A stretch of 64,000 nt of DNA from Octopus vulgaris (Eukaryota): assembly GCA_951406725.2 (NCBI GenBank), contig OX597826.1, positions 39,618,001 to 39,682,000 of the forward strand, given 5' to 3'. The first letter of the stretch is position 1. Each line of letters opens with the position of its first letter. The position numbers were made by a program, and so were the translations under genes. Shown here one piece after another: positions 1 through 14,699 of this stretch. The notes below the pieces were generated by a model that was not told where the DNA came from, did no database searches, and saw only the letters and a program-made list of their open reading frames with translations.

Positions 1-31
1 ACACATACACGTATGTAAATACATAATATAA

Positions 32-74
<43 letters not shown>

Positions 75-232
75 CTTTATTTTAAGCAGCAGAAAATTCA
101 ACAAAATCTGTTACTCTGAGTTTCTCGTTGCCGTTCATCAGACAGTTTTTGCTAGCAAAAACTGTCTGATGAACGGCAACGAGAAACTCAGAGTAACAGA
201 TTTCGTTGAATTTTCTGCTGCTTAAAATAAAG
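75..232. repeat. 158-bp loopless palindrome with a hammerhead motif on each strand
   Basis: 79-bp arms centred on GCTAGC (151-156) with one mismatch (103/204). Plus-strand motif is CTGT-CTGATGA-aCGgcaaCGa-GAAA-CTCAGAG-TA-ACAG at 162-199, mirrored at 108-145. Confidence 0.85.
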
Positions 233-372
233 CATATTACTCTACCACTGGTATTTGAGTACTCTTTTTTCCACATTTACTCCGGTATATATATATATAT
301 ATAATATAATTTATATATACATATAATTTATTTATGTATATATATATATAATTTATATATGCATATCATTTA

Positions 373-429
<57 letters not shown>

Positions 430-555
430 GGCATCACTTTTATATGTATTTGATATAATCTCTTCGTGAAACTTCAGATTTTTAAATATGCTTGACCACT
501 GGTTTTAAATTGATATTAATCAAATTAATTTTCAATTTTTTACCCTTATTATTTT

Positions 556-599
<44 letters not shown>

Positions 600-601
<2 letters not shown>

Positions 602-874
602 CAGGTGCGCGTAAGATATTTGAGGACAGGTTTATGTTTATGAAAAAACATATATAATAAAAGATAATAACATTATTTATCAAAAAATGCTATGGGAATA
701 AAAATTACCCTTTTCTATAATGTTATTCAATAAAGCCACCTTCAGCTTCAAAAACTGCTTCTATGAGATCTAAATCATCTACATGCTCGAATCAAGTGGT
801 CCTGGTTCATTCTGGACGTTACTCTGACTATGACAGCTTTCAAAGAATGTTTGGTGCTATGAGCATGTTTATTG

Positions 875-919
<45 letters not shown>

Positions 920-1560
920 AACAACGCTCCACATGTAATAGTCCAATGGATTGAGATCTGGAGAATTTAGAGACCAAATGTTAGGGGTTATGTGATCATT
1001 AAAATTTTCAGCCACCCATTCCTGGGTAACTAGAGTCACGTGTGATAGTGCAAGGTCTTACTGAGACACACATGGCTTTCCATTGCATACATTGTCTATC
1101 CGGGGTTTAATATTGTCTATCCAGGACCTCAATGTAGGCGGCAGAGTTAATTCTAAGGCCTTGTAGAAAGAAATAAGGAGGCATCACATGTCCTTCATTG
1201 CTGACAACCCCTAAAACCATGACAGTTTCAGGAAATTTTGTATGCATAACACTTGGAACTTTAGAAGGGTCTGCATATAACTGTCTGTCATTTCTTCTGT
1301 TAACTTTTTGATCTTGGTCGAAGTATTTCTCGTTTGAGAAAAATCAAATCAAATCTGCTGGATTTTTCAGTTTGTTTAAGAGCCTTTTAGATCTGATGTA
1401 GTGATTTTCTTTTGCTTTTTCTGACAAATAGACCTTTCTCATCATATGAGACTTATAGCTGGTGTCTTCGTGGACAACATTTCTGACTGTTTCTTCTAAC
1501 ACATGGAGACCTTATTTATATCTTTTCGTATTTTCTACTGAAGAGGAAAAAATCTATTAT
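600..1560 (-). mobile_element. Degenerate Tc1/mariner-superfamily transposon
   Basis: Minus-strand peptide DHITPNIWSLNSPDLNPLDYYMW near 930-1000 matches the SPDLNP motif. Many stops. Boundaries approximate. Confidence 0.7.
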
Positions 1561-3284
1561 GAGATTAATTCCGAAATTGATTCAATATAGAAATAACGAA
1601 CTTTAAAGCAAAATTCTATTGGCTGGCTTTCCTCGATTTCAGCTCTTCGTGTTTTCTGTAGCGAGTAAATAATATGTGGAAATTGACGATTTAAAAGTCT
1701 GTTATCAGCATATTGGCAGAGAAATAATTTTCTTTAGCCCTTATTTATAAGTTGTTTATAATTTTAACCTTAAAGGTATTTTAATATGCTGCCACATTTT
1801 TTGATGGAATTTTTTTTTCTGTAAAAAAACTTCATCCTATATTAGTATTTATATTTAATTAATAATATCAGGATAAGAAACATTTTGAGAAGTGTTTACT
1901 ACCAGTGGCCTAGCGTGTAGAAAAATTAGTCAATAGACTATTTACTATTCATATAAATGCATTGTACATTTAGACACATAGGAGGTATCCATCATAGGAT
2001 ACCTGGCACGGTAGAAGGGATAACTAAAATCCAAACCACTATTAGGGATAAATTTCGAAGGGAATGAAAAATAAAAAATAAAAACATTTACTATCTATCT
2101 CCTGGACCATGGTTTCTGATTTAATATTAGCAAATAAAATAATTGCTGCTGTTGTTGCTGCTGCTACTGTTGCTGCTGCTGGTGTTGTTGCTGCTGTTTC
2201 TGTAATTCCAACAACCCTTGTTCGTTTTGCTGCTGTAATTCAATTACTGAAACTAGTAAACATTCCATGTTCAAACAAAAATCTATCCAGCTTGAGCTTC
2301 GAATAATCTCGTCACCAAATCTCATCACCTCTTAAACATTCATTTAGTCCCGTCGATAAATCAGCACATATACGAATTTTATTGCTCTTCTTTTTCACAT
2401 ATACTGTTGGAGACGCCTAATTTGAGTAGTCAATCTTTTTAAACACTTCTATTTTTTTCCAATCTGTCTAATTCCTTATTCACTTGTTCTATTGCCGCAA
2501 ATGGTGCATTACGTTTGGGTTTGAAAACTGCTAATGAATTTTCTTTTACCTGAAATTTGGCTTTAGATTTATTGCACCGACCCAACTTGTCCGAAAAAAA
2601 ACATCAAAGAACAACTTTTACTTCTTTGTTTTCTATGATACGTTTGAGGTGCGAGCGCCTAAACAAATTGAAACTATATATTCAAGTACCAGAGAAAGGA
2701 AAAAAACAGAAGTACTGGAATTAAACCCGAAACGTTAAAGACATTAAACTTCAGATGGAGTTTAATTTTCAAAAAGGGGAGATGTTATGTGAGAATCCTA
2801 TGCACACCCACGTGACCGGAAGTGGACTAACGGATTGCAATAAATAAAGAACTATGTGAACTGTCAGCAGCCGTTGACAGTGTCGGTCAACCGTATCGGT
2901 TACTGAGTTAGTGCGACATGTGTTGGTTTAATATCCTACCTACGTTCGAGTAGTACGGTGCGCGTTCTCTGTGAACATAATAATATTCTGCGATAGGTTA
3001 TTTTAGATAACCACATCCAAATATTTATTTGAAACATACTAAATTACACCAGACGTGTATACCCACGTCATAACAATTTCACTTAGGAATTGTGAATCCA
3101 AAAACCCGATGTAGAACTCAATATACTTATGTTTCGGAACGAAGTGTTAGCAGAGGAGATAGTGCGGTAATAAGGAAGAGATAACAAATATGTCAAAGGA
3201 ATAAAAGATTATCTTAAGGTAATCATTTATTCTTTTTTCATCTCTCTTTCTTATATATATACATATATATATATATACATACAC

Positions 3285-3416
<132 letters not shown>

Positions 3417-4134
3417 AAAATAAGAAAAAACTGATAAGGTAGCGTATAGAAAATACAGAAGGTAAAAAATGGAAAACGACAAATGGAAAACGAAATCTAA
3501 AATTAAATGTAAAATTAAAAATAAAAAAGGTAAAAGAGTTATCCTCCTTAGACCTTAAATTATAAGGCTGGAAAGATAGCAAGTTAATTAGGGATAGGCG
3601 GAATTTTCCAATTCTTCAAAATATATTTATACATATGCTTGCAATCACTGATAATTTCTGACATGAGTTCAGTAGAGGATTATGGGTTTTAGATTTGAAC
3701 AGCTAAACAAAGTTTACTTTTATTCGATCCATTAACATACTGTATGGATTTCTCAATTACTTTCCTCTTAATCACATGTGGAGTTTCGTTATTTTCAAAG
3801 TACATACTTAGCTAGCCAACTTAGTAGCTTTACTTTTGTCCTAATGTCCGAAGGAGGCTATGTGATTCACCAGCGTTCAGTTGTCTACTATTGACAAGGC
3901 CAAAAGAGGACGAAATCACCTGATCAGGTTGTGTTGGAGTAGATGTAGCGGTGATTCTGCAACTGGCGATACCTATGATGTGCTTTTACGCACCATATAA
4001 TAAGATGAGAATTTTTTTCTCTTGGTAAATATCGCAGTATTTGTGAGTTCTAACGCAATATACACTTTTGGTTGTTGAATACTTTAACTTATATACATAT
4101 ATACATACATACGTACAGAAAGACAGGTGTACGC

Positions 4135-4167
<33 letters not shown>

Positions 4168-4539
4168 TGTATGTATGTATGTATGTATGTATGTATGTAT
4201 GTATGTATGTATGTATGTATGTATATAATATATACAGGTGTTCTCAGCCATTTTTTACATATGGATCCTTTAATTCCGATATTACTCGGCCATTTTATTA
4301 GCTATTCGATGTTTAAAAATCCTAGTGTATTTTTATAATTAGATATTATTAGGATTTGTATAAAAATTTCTAAAATATTTTGTGCGTTGTAGATGTATAA
4401 CGAATTTATTGCACATAAACTTTAACAGCGAACTAAATGCTATGGAAAATTAATGTCAACTAGTCAAATGAGTCATAAATGTACAAAGGCATATTTATGA
4501 AAAGAAGATAGTACTCTAGTGCTACTCTATTTAATGCCA

Positions 4540-6470
4540 GCCTTGATGTTGATGCTGCTCTGCTAGTTTAGCAATATTCGGCTCCAACATTGTCTACAGC
4601 ATCGAGTCGATTACGATCTTTTGACAGTAAGTTAGTAACACGGGTGAAACCAAATTCAACAAGATAAGCAGTAACGTACAGCTGCGCTTTCTCCCAGAGT
4701 AGTAGATACTGTGTAGTAGTGTCATTACTTTTACATAGATTATGTTTCCCGTCTTTAAATCTTGCCTGAACTATTTCATCATTCTGCAATTCAATGAGAT
4801 TCTCCTGCAAACAGATATCCACATTAGCAACATTATCTTCAAAAGGAAGTGTCACCCAACACAGTACATTTAACTTCAGTAGGTCGTTAAACCGAACTGA
4901 CGTATCATCATTCAGGTTTTTCAAATGTTCAGCATACAATACAAGGTCGTCATCGTGCAGATTATTGGGGAATTGTAATAATGCACGACGTACAATATGA
5001 GATCTGATCTATAAGTATCTGGACTGTTGCCATAGTAACGAAGCTAAAGGACACAGAGTGACACAGCTTGACACTGATTGACCTCGAAACCTGTTGTGTT
5101 TGTGCACATAGTTTTAACGTTCTGGTTCACTTCTGCTGTTTGCAGCAGTGCTTGGTAGGGATGTGTCCAGCATGTGATCGTCGCATTGACCATGACAGAG
5201 AAAGTTGTTACGGCAATACCTGTTCATAGGACTACGCAAAGTTGCAGAAAGTGTATGGAGAGGAGTCTATGAGCCGCACACAAGTGTACGAGTGTGTCAG
5301 ACGTTTCCAAGATAGCCGAAAAAATGTCGATATTGACGAACGTTTTAGGAGACCCACGGCCAGCATAACTACAAAAATATCGCAGATGTGCGTGCAGAGG
5401 GGAAATCGTCGAATCACCATCCATGAGTTATCAGAGGATGTGCAGATTAGTTATGGTTCAGTTCATCACATTATAACTGAAGATTTAAGTATAAGACGCG
5501 TGTCTGCCAAGTTTGTGCCAAACAGCCTCCAAAAAGATACTGATACTCGGGTTTATGTTGTACAAAATCTCCTTGATTGTGTGGTGAAGGATGAAAACTT
5601 TTTTGAAAACTTTGCATAGAGCTCAGAGCAAGTATCGCCAAGCTTTTGACAAAATTTGTTGCAGATTCTCTGCTCAATTTTCTGTCATGGTCAATGCGAC
5701 GTTCACACGCTACACACGTTCTTTCCAAGCAGTGCTATAAACAGCGGAAGTGAGCTAGAACGTTAAAACTTAGTGCGCATACACGGCAGAGTGCAAGGCC
5801 AACCTGTACCGAGTGGCTTGACTCTGCGTTCTTTAGCTTCGTTACTATGGCAACTGCCCGGACACTTATTGATCAGACTGCGTAGTCATTTTGTAGAACT
5901 ATACTTTCCCTAGAAAAGCTCCTTTTTCTCCTTGAAGTTCTTTATTAAACAAATCAATTTTACCAAATATATCTGATATATAAAATATATTACATTTAGC
6001 TGCAATCGATGTCAATAAAATAGCTTTATTATCTCTCAAGGTAAATTTCTTAACTCGCAACTTGGCTAGTAGTTGCTTTTCTACATCCTTAGCTATTTTT
6101 CAATGCACACTGATACTAATGATGTACTTAAAATATCATACTTTTATGAGGATTTTGTTTTATAACTGATGAATACTAAGTAGCTGATTCACCATTTTTT
6201 ATTGTTTGAAATTCATTGTGTAGCTTTCTAAAATATTCTACCGAATTGTTTTTCTTGTCTTTGTGATTGGTCTCCAAATATATTTTAAGCTTAGCTGGCC
6301 ACATGCTACCATTTGACGGTACGTTCATACATATGAGATACATTAGTTTCGTTTCGATCTGTGGCAATGGAATAACGGCACAAGACTGAATAAGGTCGGT
6401 ATTTCTTCTTAGTCGGAGGAGCCATGGGCAATATGGTAAATTAAAACAAATAAGCGCGAAAGTGCACAAA
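4540..6470 (-). mobile_element. Internally deleted hAT (Buster/Charlie-like) transposase relic, interrupted by a mariner
   Basis: BED-finger-like LICMNVPSNGSMWPAKLKIYLETNH (6176-6469), FYISDIFGKIDLFNKELQG near 5930-5990, and C-terminal AYLVEFGFTRVTNLLSKDRNRL (4568-4939). Confidence 0.8.
4998..5882 (+). mobile_element. Mariner-derived element with ~210-bp inverted ends and N-terminal transposase HTH
   Basis: TA on both sides (4996-4997, 5883-5884). Inverted ends at ~4998-5207 and ~5675-5882. ORF 5242-5619 reads MQKVYGEESMSRTQVYE...RRITIHELSED...RRVSAKFVP. Confidence 0.85.
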
Positions 6471-6504
6471 TGACGTACCTTTTAATAAGCGTTCTTGATA
6501 ATTA

Positions 6505-6899
6505 TCTATAAATATAAAAGTGAAGTTGTGTGTCTGTCTCCTACGATTTAGATTCCTAACTACTCCCACATTTTTCGGTGCAGTGTAACCAAAAGCGGGT
6601 ATCTTATAGTCGTGATTCATATCGAGCCCTTCTGGGTATTAGCGCGTGTCTACGATGAGTCTACGATTAAAAAAAAAATTTCCATCATTTTCCCCCATTT
6701 TTAATGCATTCTTTTGCTATTATATAAGGGAAGTAACTCTCTAAAAATGTATTATTAAATCTCAGAACGTAAAAAGCTACAGTAACACACCTCCTTTGAG
6801 GTTAGCCATATTGAGATGGCTATTATACTTTACATCTCTAAAAATGCTTATATAGTTATTTCCCTTACAAACCCGAGCAACGCCGGGCGATACTGCTAG
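6505..6899 (+). mobile_element. Non-autonomous Helitron
   Basis: A|TC 5' end, subterminal hairpin CCCGagcaacgcCGGG and CTAG|T 3' end. Homologous to 12650-13162. Confidence 0.8.
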
Positions 6900-7749
6900 T
6901 AATTAATAATTTTGAAACGAAAAATTAACCCCTGGTGCAATGCATTGTCAACACCTTATGCTTTGACATATCCCACGCATCACAGCCAACTCCACACAGC
7001 TCATCTTTCTTAGTGCAACCCAATAATATAACAACTCACCTATTACATATTCTACACCTAGAAAACGAAAAGAAAACCAAACAACACACTTTACACCTTA
7101 AAAGCATTACTATACACACCTCTAGAAAGCTATAATGCAGGAACACTGGAAGCAGTTACTGGTACAAAATTATTGAAAGCATATAGTGATAACTATAATG
7201 TAGCATAAACAGAACAATTACAGGATTATATTTGTCATAAAATCTTGTAATTTATGATGTTTTCTTCGGCGTTTCTATGGATGCTTGATTTCATATTTCA
7301 ACGAAGAAATATTATACGGCTGATAATTTTGAACACAAATTTCATAATTACAAAGCTAATAGTAACTATCTAATTTACACGAACGAGTCAAAAATGTAGT
7401 CGTTATGAAATACATTTGTAATTAAAAATATTGTTATTATACGTTTCTATGAAGTTCTTTTCTTTGACGTAGTTTGACATAATTCGATATTATAATGCAA
7501 TTAAGCACAAATAAACAATTTTGCTGCTAGACGTTCAATATGGAAATAATTGATAACACGTAAACACATACAATCACACACACATACACACACATATACA
7601 CACACATACACACACATATACACACGTACACACACACACACAAATACACACATACATATATGTATATAGATACATACATATATGTATAGATATATACATA
7701 TATGTATACAATCACACATGCATGCATACGTTCATACAAACATATATAT

Positions 7750-7892
7750 ACACGCGCGTGCACACGCACGCACACACACGCGCGCACACACGCACGCGCG
7801 CACACACGCACGCGCGCACACACGCACGCGCGCACACACGCACGCGCGCACACACGCACGCGCGCACACACGCACGCGCGCGCACACACGCG
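7750..7892. repeat. Alternating purine-pyrimidine minisatellite (CACACGCACGCGCGCA)n
   Basis: 16-nt unit repeated several times. Confidence 0.9.
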
Positions 7893-9222
7893 AGTAAAAG
7901 TTATTTCATTCCAAATGCAAAGTTGAACAATTTTCTAAGTTTAATTGAAGAAAAATGTAAAACAATTACACTTTTGGCTGATTTGCATTCCCTGAGATAA
8001 GCTGCAGCTTTTGCAGTCAAAGAATTATTTAATGCAACTCTTCACACCTGTTACATGTAATTGTATCATATATACAGGCTTTTTGTTTCATTATTTTCTC
8101 TAGAACATTTCAAGCGAAACTAACACTAATTCCTTCAAACATTTCAAAGCAAAAACTCGAAAGTAACTTATCTTTAAGAAATTCTAAATTCAAGTTGAGC
8201 TTTTCCACAACGCGGAAGAAGGTTAATGAGCTACAAATGTTGAACAATCGAGGAGAAATCTTATTAGTATTCAATAATTATGGCTCGTATAATTGTTGAT
8301 GTCATTGGTGTGGTACATGTTATTAGATGTTAATAATTTCCTTGCCTTTCTCTCCATGTGCTGGAGTTACGTAGGATTCCAGTTAATAATATTAATATTG
8401 TACTACACTACTGGAAGTTCCAGTGTGATAATGGCTTCGATGCGATTTTTAGAGTTAAGTACAAGTCTTCGGAATCTACATGATATAACATATTCGTAGA
8501 AAATGTTATTAAAAAATATCCATTTTTCTGAAAGTTATGATCATCCAAATTGGGCAGAAATCTGTAGTTATGCCGACAAATGTGACACTTTCCTTCTGGG
8601 CATGGTTATATATGTATATAGAAATTCACGAGTGCAGAAGATAGTAAGCAATGAAATTAACTTGGTAACGGAAATTATGTTCCTTAATACGACGGGCAGA
8701 AAGTAAATAGGAAATTTTAACAGAAAATAAAGTATGGTACAGGCTAAAGCAAAATTTGTCACTCAGTGAACCAAAGAGCCAGTATCGAAGGAAGCAGAAA
8801 GAAACCGTCAACAATAGAAAAACAGTAATTTGTCGTTGTTTGTTTGTAAATAGCGATTCAAAGCTTAGACTTACAGTGACAACAATAACATGGAAGTTAA
8901 ACAGTGGCGTATGAAAATTGAAAGTGAAAACAAACGATATAGATAGAGAGATATGTTACAGAGAAACAGAGATAGATAGAGTGAGATGGATGGAGAGATA
9001 TACATAAAGAGATATGTTTCGTCATTGACGCTAGAAAACCGGAAGTAAATATTTCAAAATCTTCCAAAGGCGTGAATGTAATTTTTAATAACGTTTAATA
9101 AAAAAAAAAAAATCAGATGAACAGCCTATTATTTGACCGAGGTAAAATTATTCGTGTATTACAAGTATGAAAGCAATTGGTGGAGTCATTTTCGCGTGAA
9201 AAATGAATACACACACATCTCT

Positions 9223-9281
<59 letters not shown>

Positions 9282-9355
9282 GTTTTGTGTGTGTATGTAT
9301 AGATACAAATATGTATAGTAGCATCCATATATGTGTGTGTGTATCAACAACAATG

Positions 9356-9416
<61 letters not shown>

Positions 9417-9460
9417 GATTATTATGATGTTGCATAGCATTACCTTTAATTCTTTTTATA

Positions 9461-9702
9461 TATACAGCTTTAAACAGACCCACACATGTTTCAGCTGCAC
9501 CGATTAGTAACCGTTGTAACTTAACGAACAACTCTACATTATACAATGCAAAGTAGATAAACGAAAAACTTCAAACAGTCAAATCGAAGAATATGAAGTA
9601 AAGACCCTGAAGAAATTGCACCGGTTTTATAGTAGGGTTTCAATTGCAAGGGTTACTAACGGGTGCAGTTGAAACACGTGTGGTTCTATGTAAAGTTGTA
9701 TA
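9461..9702 (+). mobile_element. Inverted-repeat element (~52-bp arms) with a degenerate hammerhead
   Basis: Arms at 9461-9512 and 9651-9702. Motif AGACC-CTGAAGA-AATTGCACC...GGTGCAGTT-GAAA-CACGTG-TG at 9602-9687. Position 17 is G, so it is probably inactive. Confidence 0.65.
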
Positions 9703-11562
9703 TATATATAAAAAAATTTTTAATAATGCTATGCCCCTTCGTAATAATGCTTATTATTATTTATTATACACTACAGGAAACCTATATGGTTTAGGTGATA
9801 TATTCAGAATTTTCTAAGGGAATATATCTCTAAATTCTTATCTTATAAGAATATTATTGGATTTATATATTAACTGTTGAATTCCTAACTCAGAGCTAAC
9901 CGGAAAACGTTTGGAGTAATCCCTTATTATTTACAAATATACACCCACACACACATGCATATATATGTATGTATGGGTCTGTTTTGTTATATATTAATAT
10001 GTAAGTGTATGTATATATATGCACACATATTCATACAGTACACATGTACATATTCTGTTATTTTCATACCTAGATATTTTTGACATTCTCATTGTATTGA
10101 ATATATTATCATTGCTTCATTGTAAATATATTATTCAGTGGAACACAAAAAATAGATATTATTCTTTTGTTACACGCATTTTCCACACAAACTTCTTAAC
10201 CTTTGGGCCACTCTGCATCTGCCATATGCACGCACCCACAGAAACACACTTATTCTAACGCATACACGCGTGCGGTTGCGTACAAACTTTCGTACATTCT
10301 CATATATCAATGTGGAAGGTACACACAAACCACACACATAAAAAGAAACTCCACATTCATACACAATCATTTGAACATACACACTCCTGTACATATACCT
10401 GTAACCCCAAAAATCTCTAGCATAGCCGTGCTATCATTGTAGAAATTATTATGAGATCCAGACAATTTGTGCAAGAATGGAAGTTACGTTCGTCGGATCT
10501 ATGCAGATGCACGAAACCTTCTTCCCATACACTTTCAATATTCGAACATTGCTCTTTTGTTATATTATGTTCAACTGTTATTAAAACAGATTGATTGCAA
10601 GTGGCTGTGTGGTAAGAACTTAGCCTCCTAACCACATGGTTCATTGTTCAGTCCCATTCGGGCCGACCAAAGCCTTGTGAGTGGATTTGGTAGACGGAAA
10701 TTGAAAGAAACCTGTCGTATATATATATACGTCCTGTACTCAGCACAGGTGGACCCAAGATTAAATGAAACGAACGAATGTATCAAGTTTTTCAAATAAT
10801 TGTTTCCTGAATTTACCAGTCCTTAGTTAATCATGTACGCGTTTCGGGGTTAGACTTGTGTAAAATTCATTTCTTTCTTCAGCATGATATTCAAGATTAT
10901 AAATTTGAAAATGCTAACAAACCTAATGTACGCTCGATCACACTGTCTTTCTACTCTTTAGTCGTTTTACTTTATCCACCTCTTTTATGACAAATTAATG
11001 GTGGTTTGAAAGACAAGAGTTTTCATTTCTCGAATTTCAGTAATTTCATTTGTTACATTTGTTATATTTCTACTGTTACAGTTATTCGCTGCTGCAGCAA
11101 CGAACTACAGGTTTGAGCAAAATATGTATAAAATGCTTAATTATGAAGTGTTTTGTCTACAAAATTAACATGGCTCTAATTTGCTTTTCTCTTTTATAAG
11201 AAGCAATCTCGTTTTCAAGGGAATTAATGCTGTAATTGTATTAAAAAACTGTCTTAAAATATCCACGTCCAACATGCTTCCTCTTTTAATCTATATTTTA
11301 TCTTTTCTTTCACTCTATGTCAATCTGAAACTACACCAGTCACGCAACACACAAAGCAAAAATGTAGCTGGCAGTCGCAGTTAAGATCTTTCGCTTATTC
11401 ATCCACCGATCCTTCCTCGTGACAATCACATCAGTAAAAAACAAAGGAAATTGGACATACAGTCATTTGTTTCAACATATAATTCCAGCTAAGACAATCC
11501 TCTACACTCTAAACTATATTTCAGCAATATACTGATACGTACATATATATATATAAACATAC

Positions 11563-11674
<112 letters not shown>

Positions 11675-12649
11675 ACACACACACAGACTCACACACACAC
11701 ACAGACGCACACACACACTTGTTTTATTGATTGTTTCTGACAAGTATTTTATAAGTTACAATATAATATTTTTGTGTTTTCCTTATTAAAGTTTTGCCTG
11801 TGCATTTATTGTGCTTAGTGTATATATTTTATTTTAGATATGTGAGCATATTATACATATATTGTACAAATTATTATAGATTTGTGTTGATATGTATGTA
11901 TTTATTCATAAATATATAAATGGTTTTGTATTTCAGACACCTCCCTCTGTCTGAATGTTCATGAAGTTACGTACGGTAGCACCTATATTTTTAATTGCAT
12001 GTTGATCTGAATATTTTCTTATACGTGTCTTGTTAGTTTTTTCCTGATATTAATTTGCAGAGATCTTTTATTGATTATTTTTCCGTTAGCATTTATCAAT
12101 ACATAAATTTTGTTCTTAGAAAGTAATTTAACAATTTTGAGGTATAATGGCTTGTCCCTACATTAATAGCATTCAAATATTTTTCTTATTTCTGTTTACG
12201 TGATTATTACGCATTATTACGCATAAGCTGTTTTATTTTGTTTTAGAGTTCATTCAATATTAATTTACAGAGATTTATGACTAGATTTTAATATACATAA
12301 GAGATTATTTTTAACGCACTTCCTTGCTTAACTTTTTCTTTTATATACCTGCCACTCATGAAATATAAATAGATTATATTTTGTCTTTAGTATTACAAAT
12401 ATAAATACACATTAGGCTATTTCTTGTAAATTTATCCTGATTTTCTTTGAAGCTTCAAGTATTCCTCTCTTCCGTTTTCTCATGGTTATTTGACGTGTGA
12501 GAAACAGTTTAAAGGAAAAATATTAAAATTCTCATAAATTTTCAGTACATTTAAACAACAACATTTTATATTAAAAATAACGCAAACGATGTTAGAAAAT
12601 TCTAGAAATTTAAAATTGTATTTTAAATGTATATATATATATATATATA

Positions 12650-13161
12650 TAAATATATATAAAACTGTAGTTGTGTGAGTGTCTGTCCCCTTCGATTTAG
12701 ATTCCTAACTACTCCCACATTTTGCCGTGCAGTTTAACCAAATTCGGGTATCTTATAGTCGTGATTCATATCGAGCCCGTCTGGCTATTAGCGCGCGTCT
12801 ACAATGAGTCTACGATTTTAAAAATAATTTAACATCATTTTTTATTCCATTTTAATGCATAATGTTTCGTGTGTCGATGGCGGCGGAGTTGGCGTCTATT
12901 GTCACACCTGCACCTGTTTGCTTCTCCCCCTTCTTCCCTCCCTCGTGAAGCTGTGGGGAAGGGAGTGTAAAGAAATCAACGTCGTAATGCGTTGTCAAGG
13001 AGACCAGCGTTCATTTAGAACAACGACTTCATGGCTTGAAGACACCAAAACAGAAATGGCTAAGAAAGCCCGAATTGGCATCTATAAGGGAAGTAACTCT
13101 CTAAAAATGCTTATATAGTTATTTCTCTTACAAACCCGAGCAACGCCGGGAGATACTGCTA

Positions 13162-13162
<1 letters not shown>
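12650..13162 (+). mobile_element. Non-autonomous Helitron, same family
   Basis: Same 5' ~190 bp and same 3' hairpin plus CTAG|T, with a different internal segment. Confidence 0.8.
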
Positions 13163-13241
<79 letters not shown>

Positions 13242-13442
13242 TTATATATCATCTTTTAAATGTTTCAGTCATTAGACTACGACCATGCTGGGGCACTGCG
13301 ATGAAGAATATTTTGTCGAATGTATCGACCTCAGTACTTAATTTTTAAAGTCTGGTACTTATTCTATCGCTTTCTGTTGCAGAACTGCTAGTGTTACGAG
13401 GACGTAAAAATATCACCACTGGTTGTCTAACAGTGGTGGGGA

Positions 13443-13528
<86 letters not shown>

Positions 13529-14026
13529 CGGGTTTCTTCCACCTTCCATCTACACAATGCACTCACAATGCTTTAGTAAGCCCGAAACCATAGTGGAAAA
13601 CATTTGCCCAAGATGCTCTGTGTTTGAACTAAGCCCCGAACCCTGACCCTCTTATACTGTACGATGGAGAAAACGAAAAACTTGATATTGAGATAAACTC
13701 GTGGAACAGAGTGATGAAAGTAGATATAACAAGAGTGAAGGGGTTGCCTGGGTACATGCGCCGTGTGATAGTAGACCGGGGTGTCTTTCAAGATTAAAGG
13801 GTTACAAGGAAAACGGTGACTATGAATCGTGGGTAAAGAAAAATAGACACTAGCACAATGTCAGAACGGATAAGCTGCTTTGATATTTAAAAAAAATATA
13901 ACAAACATTTTGCGTAAAAATGAAAACTAGTTGTTATAAATGGTGTTACAAATAGTGTTTTAAACTAGTATCTGAAAAAAAAAAGCTGTATTAACTGGTT
14001 CAATAGAGGCGCTCGGAGGTATGTAT

Positions 14027-14095
<69 letters not shown>

Positions 14096-14699
14096 AGTGT
14101 ATATATAAATATATGCATGTTTCTGTGTGTTTGTGTGTCTGTTTATATAAGCATTTAATATCTATCGGGCTTAATTTTACGTCTATTTTCTACTAAATGA
14201 TCTCATTATTATATTAGCAATAAGAACGAAGTTTTTGTGACATATAGCCATAATGCAAGTTCGAGCCCTAATAGTTGGGATCACAATTGTGAGGTCGCAC
14301 ATTCGGTTTCCGAGGGGTGGGATGTGAACCTGTTCTCGAGAACTGTACTTCATTTCACGTTTATCACTCAGTGAAAAGAGTACTATCAAGTCCCCACCCC
14401 ACTTCCTCTCCCTCTATCTAGTTGTCACATCAAAGATTCTTCATTGGGTGAAGAATGGAAGGGTTTACAGCATAACTGTGTCGGAAATAATCTATATCGG
14501 TATCGCAAACAATTATCGAAAGCGTGGTGTAGGCTAACAACTCATATGGGCTTGCAAGTGGCTGCACGGATATGGTTGGGAGAGGAGAAAAGTAATACAA
14601 ATGGCAATATTGTTATATTTGTTTTTGTTATGTTTATGAACATAGTTTAAAAAAGAAACAAAGCATTCCATTGGCCGTTGCATTTTAAACACAGGGGTA

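Noticed and set aside
3891-3930. Fossil hammerhead TTGACAA-GGCC...GGAC-GAAA-TCACCTGA-TC
   Set aside because: Two core substitutions and no convincing stem I.
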